A DNA stretch of 42,970 bases from Saprospiraceae bacterium. GTDB lineage: Bacteria > Bacteroidota > Bacteroidia > Chitinophagales > Saprospiraceae. A program made the position numbers and the translations under genes. The notes under the pieces are model-generated. The model did not search any database. It was not told the origin of the DNA and saw only the letters and a list, made by a program, of their open reading frames with translations. The DNA is taken from positions 1 through 42,970 of the forward strand of contig JAWWBX010000004.1 in assembly GCA_033720735.1 (NCBI GenBank). Reading direction: 5' to 3'. Positions 20,460-27,894 of the stretch are shown here, piece by piece (within the stretch, counting starts at the first letter, position 1; the number at the start of each line of letters is the position of its first letter).

Positions 20460-21413
20460 ATGGAGCAAAAGCGCAATGAGGGGGTTCCGCTGGATCTCGA
20501 CCTGATCAATGAGACGCTGGTCAATCGCAGCGCAGTAGAACGGCGCGCAGCAACGATGGGCAAACGTCGCTCGATCAAAAAGGAGTGGCAGGCCGCCTGG
20601 CTGTTGCGGGCTGTAACGTGCATTGATCTGACAACACTGGCGGGTGATGATACGCCGGGTAATGTGCAGCGCCTGTGTGCAAAAGCCCTGCATCCCGTGC
20701 GCCGCGACCTGCTCGACGCCCTGGGCATGGCCGATGCGGGTCTGACGGTCGCTGCTGTCTGCGTTTATCACAATCTCATCGCCGAGGCCAGGAAAGCGCT
20801 GAAGGGTACCAATCTGCCCATCGCCGCTGTCTCAACCGGTTTTCCGGCCGGCCAGATCCCCCTCAAGGAGAAATTGAAACAGATCAAATTGTCCGTCGCA
20901 GCCGGAGCTTCCGAGATCGACATCGTGATCAGTCGCGCACATGTGCTCCGGTCAGACTGGAAGAATCTCTACAAGGAAGTCGCTCTCTGCCGGGAAGCCT
21001 GCGGTGAGGCGCATATGAAGACCATCCTGGCGACGGGTGAAATTCCCACCCTGACCAAGGTGGCGCGGGCCAGCCAGGTGGCGATGATGGCAGGGTCCGA
21101 TTTCATCAAGACCAGCACCGGCAAGGAAAGCGTCAACGCCACACTTCCTGTATCCCTGGTCATGATCCGCGCCATTCGTGATTACTACGAACGGACAGGA
21201 TACAAAGTGGGGTTCAAGCCGGCCGGAGGTATCCGCAAGGCGAAACAAGCCCTTGAATGGCTCATCCTGATGAAAGAAGAACTCGGCAATGACTGGCTGA
21301 GTCCGGACCTTTTTCGCTTTGGAGCCAGCGGGTTGCTCAGCGATATTGAACGCCAACTCGAACACCATGTCACCGGACGCTATTCCGCGTCATACCGTCA
21401 TCCCATGTCCTAA
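20460..21413 (+). CDS. deoC: deoxyribose-phosphate aldolase, long eukaryote-type (DERA-like) form
   Basis: Near-colinear identity with animal DERA over the whole length (KKEWQAAWLL, IDLTTL, GDDT, QRLC, FPAGQ, GEAH.KTILATGE, MMAGSDFIKTSTGKE.VNAT, GFKPAGGIR, LLSDIERQ..HHVTGRY). The homology-based start is MEQKRNEG at 20460; the track start is 20409. Confidence 0.9.
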   Translation: MEQKRNEGVPLDLDLINETLVNRSAVERRAATMGKRRSIKKEWQAAWLLRAVTCIDLTTLAGDDTPGNVQRLCAKALHPVRRDLLDALGMADAGLTVAAVCVYHNLIAEARKALKGTNLPIAAVSTGFPAGQIPLKEKLKQIKLSVAAGASEIDIVISRAHVLRSDWKNLYKEVALCREACGEAHMKTILATGEIPTLTKVARASQVAMMAGSDFIKTSTGKESVNATLPVSLVMIRAIRDYYERTGYKVGFKPAGGIRKAKQALEWLILMKEELGNDWLSPDLFRFGASGLLSDIERQLEHHVTGRYSASYRHPMS

Positions 21414-21424
21414 ACTGACCCCCA

Positions 21425-23812
21425 ATGAAAGTCAAGAAGATCTTCGAAACAATGGAATACGGACCGGCACCGGAAAGCCCGGATGCCGCGCAGGACTGGC
21501 TTGCCGGGCATGATCGCAAATTCCAGTTGTTTATCAATGGCAAATGGACGTCGCCACAGAGTAAGAAGTATTTCGACAGCATCAATCCCTGTGACACCAG
21601 CAAGCTGGCCAGGATCGCCGAGGCCAACGACAAGGATGTCAACAAGGCAGTGCGCGCAGCACGCAAGGCCCTAGCCGGCTGGCTGGAGATCGGGCCGCAC
21701 CAGCGCGCACGCTATTTGTATGCCATTGCCCGCCAGATCCAGAAACACTCGCGTCTCTTTGCCGTCCTCGAATCTCTGGACAATGGCAAGCCGATCCGTG
21801 AGACGCGCGATATTGACATTCCCCTGGTCGCCAGGCATTTCTATCACCATGCCGGCTGGGCACAGTTGATGGAATCCGACCTCAGGGATTATCGACAAGT
21901 CGGGGTGGTCGGTCAGATCATCCCCTGGAATTTCCCGCTGCTGATGCTGGCGTGGAAGATCGCACCAGCCCTGGCCATGGGCAATACCGTCGTACTCAAG
22001 CCAGCAGAGTTTACCTCCCTCACGGCATTGCTATTTGCCGAGATCTGCCAGAACATCGGCCTGCCCCCGGGAGTGGTCAACATCCTCACCGGTGCCGGCA
22101 AGACCGGCGCGGCGATCGTGGATCATCCCGATATCGACAAGATCGCCTTCACCGGCTCCACCGAAGTGGGGCGGATCATCCGGCATGCTACCGCCGGATC
22201 GGGCAAGAAGCTGTCGCTGGAGCTGGGTGGCAAGTCGCCTTTCATTGTGTTTGAGGACGCCGACCTGGACAGCGTGGTCGAGGGCGTGGTAGACGCCATC
22301 TGGTTCAACCAGGGGCAGGTGTGCTGTGCCGGCTCACGACTGTTGGTACAGGAAAGTGTGGCCGACCGGCTCTACCGCAAGATTCGGGCGCGGATGGAAA
22401 AATTGCGCATGGGCAATGCGCTCGACAAAGGCATTGACATCGGCGCCATTGTGGCACCGGTCCAGCTTAAAACGATCACCGAATTGGTGCAGCAGGGCAT
22501 CGCGGAAGGGAGTACCTGCTGGCAGCCCTCATGGGCGGTGCCCCGGGACGGGTACTTCTACCCTCCTACCCTGTTTACAGATGTCTCGCCGAGCTCCACC
22601 ATTGCACAGGTCGAGATCTTTGGGCCGGTACTGGTGGCCATGACCTTCCGTTCGCACAACGAGGCGATACGATTAGCCAACAACACACGCTACGGACTGG
22701 CCGCCAGTGTCTGGACGGAGAATATCAACCTCGCACTCGACATTGCGCCAAAAGTGAAGGCTGGCACCGTCTGGATCAATTGTACCAACGTGTTTGATGC
22801 TGCCTCCGGGTTTGGCGGCTATCGCGAATCAGGCTTTGGCCGCGAAGGTGGCCGGGAAGGATTGTTTGAGTATGTCAAACCGCTCATCGAGGACAACCTG
22901 CTCGACAAACCGCCCGGTCCGGCGTATCAAACAGCGCAGAAAAAGCGCCCGTCGGCACCGGAGGATGGAATGGACAGAACGGCCAAAATGTATATTGGCG
23001 GACGACAGGTGCGACCGGACGGTGGTTACAGTATGACCGTGCGCAGCGCCAGCGGCCTGTATCTGGGAGAGGTCTCCAAAGGCAACCGCAAGGATATCCG
23101 GAATGCCGTGGAAGCCGCCCACGCCGGAAGCCAGTGGGACGCCATGACAGGACATGCCAGGGCGCAGGTGCTCTACTACCTGGCCGAAAACCTCTCTGCG
23201 CGCCAGGCAGAGTTCGCGTTGCGACTGGCCGAGCAACTCGAAGTGGATATGGATCAGGCCAATCTGGAGGTCAGGTCTTCTATCGAACGCATCTATACCT
23301 ATGCCGCCTGGGCCGACAAGTACGACGGCCGTGTGCACCATACCACCCAGCGCATGGTGACCCTGGCGATGCCCGAACCCATCGGGGTAATGGCAGTGAT
23401 TTGCCCCGACCATGCACCGCTGCTTGGCTTCATTTCGACTGTCATCCCTGCGATCACCATGGGCAACCGGGTTGTCGTGGTACCCTCGCAGCTTGCCCCG
23501 CTTTCGGCCACTGACCTCTATCAGGTCCTGGAAACCTCGGATGTGCCCGCAGGGACCATCAATATCGTGACGGGTGCGCATGCCGAGCTGATGCCGGTGC
23601 TCGCCAAACATGATGATGTGGACGGGATCTGGTATTTCGGCTCAAAGGAGGGAAGCAAGGAGGTTGAAATGCTCTCCGCCGACAACATGAAGCGGACCTG
23701 GGTCAACAATGGCAAGTTCCGCGACTGGTTTGATCCGGCACATGGTGAAGGCGAGATGTTCCTGCGCAAAGCCAGCCAGATCAAGAATATCTGGGTTCCG
23801 TACGGGGCTTAG
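21425..23812 (+). CDS. ALDH16-family aldehyde dehydrogenase (full catalytic ALDH domain plus C-terminal ALDH16-specific domain)
   Basis: 795 aa. Residues 1-~505 form a complete ALDH with catalytic Glu (LELGGKSP) and Cys (QGQVCCAGSR) and an NAD-binding GxxxxG. Residues ~520-795 form a second, partial ALDH-like Rossmann region with no catalytic Cys or Glu, the architecture described for ALDH16. Confidence 0.85.
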   Translation: MKVKKIFETMEYGPAPESPDAAQDWLAGHDRKFQLFINGKWTSPQSKKYFDSINPCDTSKLARIAEANDKDVNKAVRAARKALAGWLEIGPHQRARYLYAIARQIQKHSRLFAVLESLDNGKPIRETRDIDIPLVARHFYHHAGWAQLMESDLRDYRQVGVVGQIIPWNFPLLMLAWKIAPALAMGNTVVLKPAEFTSLTALLFAEICQNIGLPPGVVNILTGAGKTGAAIVDHPDIDKIAFTGSTEVGRIIRHATAGSGKKLSLELGGKSPFIVFEDADLDSVVEGVVDAIWFNQGQVCCAGSRLLVQESVADRLYRKIRARMEKLRMGNALDKGIDIGAIVAPVQLKTITELVQQGIAEGSTCWQPSWAVPRDGYFYPPTLFTDVSPSSTIAQVEIFGPVLVAMTFRSHNEAIRLANNTRYGLAASVWTENINLALDIAPKVKAGTVWINCTNVFDAASGFGGYRESGFGREGGREGLFEYVKPLIEDNLLDKPPGPAYQTAQKKRPSAPEDGMDRTAKMYIGGRQVRPDGGYSMTVRSASGLYLGEVSKGNRKDIRNAVEAAHAGSQWDAMTGHARAQVLYYLAENLSARQAEFALRLAEQLEVDMDQANLEVRSSIERIYTYAAWADKYDGRVHHTTQRMVTLAMPEPIGVMAVICPDHAPLLGFISTVIPAITMGNRVVVVPSQLAPLSATDLYQVLETSDVPAGTINIVTGAHAELMPVLAKHDDVDGIWYFGSKEGSKEVEMLSADNMKRTWVNNGKFRDWFDPAHGEGEMFLRKASQIKNIWVPYGA

Positions 23813-23892
23813 GGATATGAGCCTGCCTGTCCGAGGCGGAGGGTTCAAGGATTCAAAGATTGATTGCCGGCAGGCAGACTCGAGGAATCATC

Positions 23893-24591
23893 TCAAGCCA
23901 GGGAGAGGGCAATGTGCATCATGTCGGTAAATGATTGCTCGCGTTCTTCCGCCGAAGCGGCCTCTCCGGTAAGGATATTGTCACTGACAGTCACCACCGA
24001 CAGAGCCCGGGCTCCGAAGCGCGCTGCCAGCGTATAGAGCATTTTCGTTTCCATCTCCACGGCAAGCACACCGTGCTGTGTCCACTTGTCCCAGCGGTGG
24101 GGGTCACCGTCATAGAAAATGTCCGTGCTGAAGATCGATCCCTGCAAGGTCGGGATGCCCAGGTCTTGTGCCGTCTGATACGCCTTCATCAACAGCGAGA
24201 AATCAGCCGTTGCGGCAAAGTCCTTACCTCCAAAGAAAAGCTGGTTGACGTTCGAATCGCCCGAGGCACTCATGGCCAGAATGACCTGGCCGATCTTGAG
24301 TTTCTGTTGGATGGCGCCACAAGTCCCGACACGCACCAACTGTTTGACTCCGTACTCATTGAGCAATTCGTTGACATAGATGCCGAGGCTGGGCATCCCC
24401 ATCCCCGAGCCCTGGATTGAGACACGTTGCCCCTGGTAAGTACCGGTGTAACCAAACATGCCGCGCACCCGGTTGTAGCACTCGGCATCTTCGAGCAGGG
24501 TTTCGGCCACGTGCCTTGCCCGCAGCGGATCTCCGGGCAACAACACGGTCTCCGCAATCTGGCCCGGTTTCGCTTCTAGATGTAAACTCAT
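23893..24591 (-). CDS. deoD: purine nucleoside phosphorylase, DeoD type (hexameric NP-I family)
   Basis: [25 protein letters not shown]...[11 protein letters not shown]...VRVGTCGA... matches DeoD. The track start at 24678 is GTG; the ATG at 24591 gives 232 aa. Confidence 0.9.
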   Translation of the reverse strand: MSLHLEAKPGQIAETVLLPGDPLRARHVAETLLEDAECYNRVRGMFGYTGTYQGQRVSIQGSGMGMPSLGIYVNELLNEYGVKQLVRVGTCGAIQQKLKIGQVILAMSASGDSNVNQLFFGGKDFAATADFSLLMKAYQTAQDLGIPTLQGSIFSTDIFYDGDPHRWDKWTQHGVLAVEMETKMLYTLAARFGARALSVVTVSDNILTGEAASAEEREQSFTDMMHIALSLA

Positions 24592-24717
24592 GGATGACGT
24601 TGCAGTCGTTCGCTCCTCTTGCTGCAAGAATGTTACCAAATCGCCCAACAAACGGAAAATGGACCGAAAATTGCACACTATGTCCGGAAGTCAGACTGTC
24701 CACTACAGCACAGATCC

Positions 24718-25599
24718 ATGCCTGCACCACTATCACCATCCGAACTGATCGTCAATCCGGATGGCAGCATCTACCATCTGAATCTGCGACCGGAGCAGAT
24801 CGCACCAACGGTCATATTGGTGGGCGACATGGGGCGCGTAGCGCGCATCAGCCGGCATTTTGATCACATCGAGCACATCGTTCAACGACGGGAATTCCTC
24901 ACCCATACCGGCACCTGCGGTGGCATACCGGTTTCCGTGCTTTCGACCGGGATCGGCACCGACAATATCGATATCGTCATCAACGAACTGGATGCCGCTG
25001 TCAATATCGATCTGCGTACCAGGGAGATCCGTGCGCACCGCAAGTCACTCAATCTCATTCGCATTGGAACCTCCGGGGCTCTGCAGCCAGACATTCCGGT
25101 GGGCACACCGGTCGTCTCAGAGTACGGGCTGGGATTCGATGGCCTGCTTTATTACTACGACTTCGACTACTCCCAAGACGAGCTCGAAACAATGCGCGCC
25201 TTTGGCGAACAGGTAAAGTGGCCCGAGGCGCTTGCCAAACCCTACCTGGTGCGGTGTGCACCGGAGCTGATGTCGGTGATCGGCAGGGACATGCCCAGCG
25301 GGATCACGGCGACGGCGACAGGTTTTTACGGGCCGCAGGGGCGGAGGCTCTACCTGACGCCCCGGGATACTACGCTCAATCAGCAGCTCACCGATTTTCG
25401 CCATGGTCGTCTGCGGGTGATGAACTATGAAATGGAAACCTCGGCGCTCTACGGTCTGGGGCGTCTTATGGGGCATCGCTGCCTGACATGTTGTGCCGTC
25501 ATCGCCAACCGCATTCGGCAGGAGTACAGCCAAGATCCCAAGGTGGTTGTTGATCAGCTGATCGAAGTCGTCCTCGACAGGCTGAAAGATCTGCACTGA
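24718..25599 (+). CDS. nucleoside phosphorylase, PNP/UDP family 1 (uridine-phosphorylase-like)
   Basis: YHLNL, VILVGDMGRV, STGIG, RIGTSGALQP and MNYEMETSALYGL parallel E. coli Udp (FHLGL, AIVPGDPDRV, STGIG, RIGTTGAIQP, MNYEMESATL). The track start at 24619 is TTG; the ATG is at 24718. Confidence 0.7.
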   Translation: MPAPLSPSELIVNPDGSIYHLNLRPEQIAPTVILVGDMGRVARISRHFDHIEHIVQRREFLTHTGTCGGIPVSVLSTGIGTDNIDIVINELDAAVNIDLRTREIRAHRKSLNLIRIGTSGALQPDIPVGTPVVSEYGLGFDGLLYYYDFDYSQDELETMRAFGEQVKWPEALAKPYLVRCAPELMSVIGRDMPSGITATATGFYGPQGRRLYLTPRDTTLNQQLTDFRHGRLRVMNYEMETSALYGLGRLMGHRCLTCCAVIANRIRQEYSQDPKVVVDQLIEVVLDRLKDLH

Positions 25600-25634
25600 G
25601 CAGGAAAGAGCCATGGCCGCCAGCCACGCAGGTA

Positions 25635-25649
25635 CTGATCACAGATCAG
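25635..25649. promoter_or_regulatory. 15-bp perfect palindrome CTGATC-ACA-GATCAG downstream of the udp-like gene and upstream of the small-ORF/cytochrome operon
   Basis: Read directly: ggtaCTGATCacaGATCAGctgtcgg. A TAtTTTG-like element sits at about 25726-25732, just before the small ORF. Confidence 0.35.
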
Positions 25650-25737
25650 CTGTCGGTGTGCCCCATCTCTTGGTCAGGACCCTCCACGTGTCGTGCTTTG
25701 GTCTTTGGTTTACGTCCGTCCTGTGTATTTTGCGCGC

Positions 25738-25914
25738 ATGAAAGAACGCCGACGCCGCGGCTGGTTGCTGATCATTATGGGGGTGATCATGTTGATGACG
25801 CATTTCCTGCAACTCGACAGGGTGTTCATCCTGGGTGGCGTTCTTTTCGTGGCGCTGGGCTGTGCTGAGCTGTTTGGCAACAACCGGTACCGGCGCAAAT
25901 ACCGCAGCAAATGA
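25738..25914 (+). CDS. small (58 aa) two-helix membrane protein, translationally coupled to the downstream cytochrome
   Basis: MKERRRRGWLLIIMGVIMLMTHFLQLDRVFILGGVLFVALGCAELFGNNRYRRKYRSK has a basic N-terminus, two hydrophobic segments and a basic C-terminus. Its stop overlaps the cytochrome ATG (ATGA). It could instead start at the internal Met (MGVIM). Confidence 0.4.
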   Translation: MKERRRRGWLLIIMGVIMLMTHFLQLDRVFILGGVLFVALGCAELFGNNRYRRKYRSK

Positions 25915-27887
25915 AAACGCCGCGACGCGTTCCACAGACCACCGTCACCGCTCTGCTCGTGCTCGGAGCATGCCTCCTGCTGGCCATGAGCCCTTTGCGC
26001 AACCGTAATCACGACCGGTTTTACAGCGCCGAAGCGTTGCACGCCTATCTGGCAAACAGCCCTTTTCTACCCACCCTGGAAGACGTCAGCTACTTCGCAG
26101 ATGACAGCGTTTGCGGCGGATGTCACGGATTCGACCCGATCGCTTTCAGCATGGTAGACGATGACGGCCGCGACGTCAATGTCTACGATGACTGGCGTAC
26201 CTCGATGATGGCCAACTCGGCGAAAGATCCGTTCTGGCGCGCCAAAGTGAGTCAGGAGATCGCGGTCAACCCCGGTCATAGCCTGGAACTACAGACCAAG
26301 TGCACGTCGTGTCATGCACCGCAGGGACATTTTACGGCGATGGCACAGGGCGCCACCCACTACACCATTGCGGAGATGCTTGCCGATTCGGTCGCCCTCG
26401 ACGGCGTCTCGTGTGGCGCCTGTCACAGCACCAGCCTGCAGCACCTGGGCAATCGCTTTTCCGGCGAGATGTATTTTGACACCAACCGGGTCATCTACGG
26501 ACCCTATACTGAGCCATTCGCCGCCCCGATGACGGACTTCGTCGGCTTTGAGCCGGTGTACAGCCCCCACATCCATGATGCCGGCATCTGCGCATCATGC
26601 CATACCCTGATCACCGCATCGGTTGACCTGGACGGCAATCCGACGGGGACCGAATTTATCGAGCAGGCCACCTACCACGAATGGCTCAACAGCGACTTTG
26701 CGGACGACGGGCTGACCCCCGTGACGTGTCAGGGGTGCCACATGCCGCAGTTGGCTGATTCAATTGTGATCTCCTCCCAGTATTTGTTCCTCAAAGGACG
26801 CAGCCCGTATGGCTTGCACGACCTTGTCGGCGGCAACACGATGATGCTGCAATTGATGAAAAACAACAAGGAAGCACTGGGGATCCGCGCTCCAGACTCG
26901 CTGTTTGACGAAACCATTGCCAAAACATTTGACATGCTTCGGCAGCAGACGCTCGATCTGAGCCTCGACTTTACCGGGCAGGACGGGGACACTGCATACT
27001 TCGACGTGGCGCTCTTCAACAAGTCCGGCCATAAATTCCCTTCCGGCTACCCGTCACGCAGGGCGTTCATCGAGCTTTGGGCCACCACCGAAACCGGAGA
27101 TACCCTCTTCCACAGCGGAAGCCTGGGCACGGATTTCGAAATTACCGGACAGGATGATGCGATAGAACCTCATCACCGCACGATCCGATCACAGGACGCC
27201 GTGCAGATCTACGAAATGGTGCCGGCCGATGTCAACGGTGCGTTTACAACGATCCTCGAACGCGCCTTCATGACGCTCAAAGACAACCGCCTGCCCCCCC
27301 GTGGCTTTACCACCGGCCATCCGACGTATGACACCACCCGGATCTACGGTGCAGCCCTCAACGATCCGGACTTCAACCATAACGGGAGTGAAGGATCGGG
27401 CTCAGACGTAGTTGGCTATCACATCCCCGTGCATGATTATGAAGGCATGTTGCAGGTGACTGCACGCGTGCACTATCAGTCATTGCCCCCAAAGTGGATG
27501 GCGCCATTGTTTGCCATGAGCACTCCTGAGATCGAGACGTTTCGTAGCATGTACGACCAGGCAGATTTGTCGACCGTGATCATCGCAGAACAGCGCCTGG
27601 ACAGCATTGCCATATCACCCCCAACCTCCGTGCAAGCTCATCTGCGGCCTGAGGTATTGTCGGTCTATCCCAATCCCGTTCGGGACGGCGTTCTGTACAT
27701 CGCCAATCCGACGGGAGCGCCTGTTTCGCGCATCCGGATCCATGATGCCAGCGGACGATTGACAAATACCTTCCAGGGTTTTCAACCAGCGGTGCGTCTT
27801 CCTGACGATCCCCAACTGTATTTTGTGATCATCGAGACAGAAGACGGTACTGTTGCGCACAGGGTCGTGCGCTTGCCTCAGCAGTGA
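25911..27887 (+). CDS. secreted pentaheme c-type cytochrome with a T9SS C-terminal sorting domain
   Basis: Signal peptide, then five CxxCH motifs (CGGCH, CTSCH, CGACH, CASCH, CQGCH) in the first ~270 aa. A ~300 aa non-heme domain follows, then a type-A T9SS CTD (VYPNPVRDGVLYIANPTGAPVSRIRIHDASGRL...LYFVIIETEDGTVAHRVVRL). Confidence 0.85.
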   Translation: MKTPRRVPQTTVTALLVLGACLLLAMSPLRNRNHDRFYSAEALHAYLANSPFLPTLEDVSYFADDSVCGGCHGFDPIAFSMVDDDGRDVNVYDDWRTSMMANSAKDPFWRAKVSQEIAVNPGHSLELQTKCTSCHAPQGHFTAMAQGATHYTIAEMLADSVALDGVSCGACHSTSLQHLGNRFSGEMYFDTNRVIYGPYTEPFAAPMTDFVGFEPVYSPHIHDAGICASCHTLITASVDLDGNPTGTEFIEQATYHEWLNSDFADDGLTPVTCQGCHMPQLADSIVISSQYLFLKGRSPYGLHDLVGGNTMMLQLMKNNKEALGIRAPDSLFDETIAKTFDMLRQQTLDLSLDFTGQDGDTAYFDVALFNKSGHKFPSGYPSRRAFIELWATTETGDTLFHSGSLGTDFEITGQDDAIEPHHRTIRSQDAVQIYEMVPADVNGAFTTILERAFMTLKDNRLPPRGFTTGHPTYDTTRIYGAALNDPDFNHNGSEGSGSDVVGYHIPVHDYEGMLQVTARVHYQSLPPKWMAPLFAMSTPEIETFRSMYDQADLSTVIIAEQRLDSIAISPPTSVQAHLRPEVLSVYPNPVRDGVLYIANPTGAPVSRIRIHDASGRLTNTFQGFQPAVRLPDDPQLYFVIIETEDGTVAHRVVRLPQQ

Positions 27888-27894
27888 CCTGATG

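Noticed and set aside
22829-23611. 260-aa minus-strand ORF inside the ALDH16 gene
   Set aside because: It is antisense to a CDS with intact ALDH catalytic motifs and has no homology.
21425-23812. Possible fusion artifact or pseudogene: an ALDH followed by a degenerate second ALDH
   Set aside because: A continuous open frame with a complete catalytic first domain and a partial non-catalytic second domain is the known ALDH16 architecture, not a frameshifted tandem duplicate.
23813-23892. Imperfect inverted repeat CTGCCTG...CAGGCAG between the convergent ALDH16 and deoD genes
   Set aside because: A 7-bp stem with a ~45-nt loop and no T-tract is not a convincing terminator. It may just reflect codon-level chance in a short convergent spacer.
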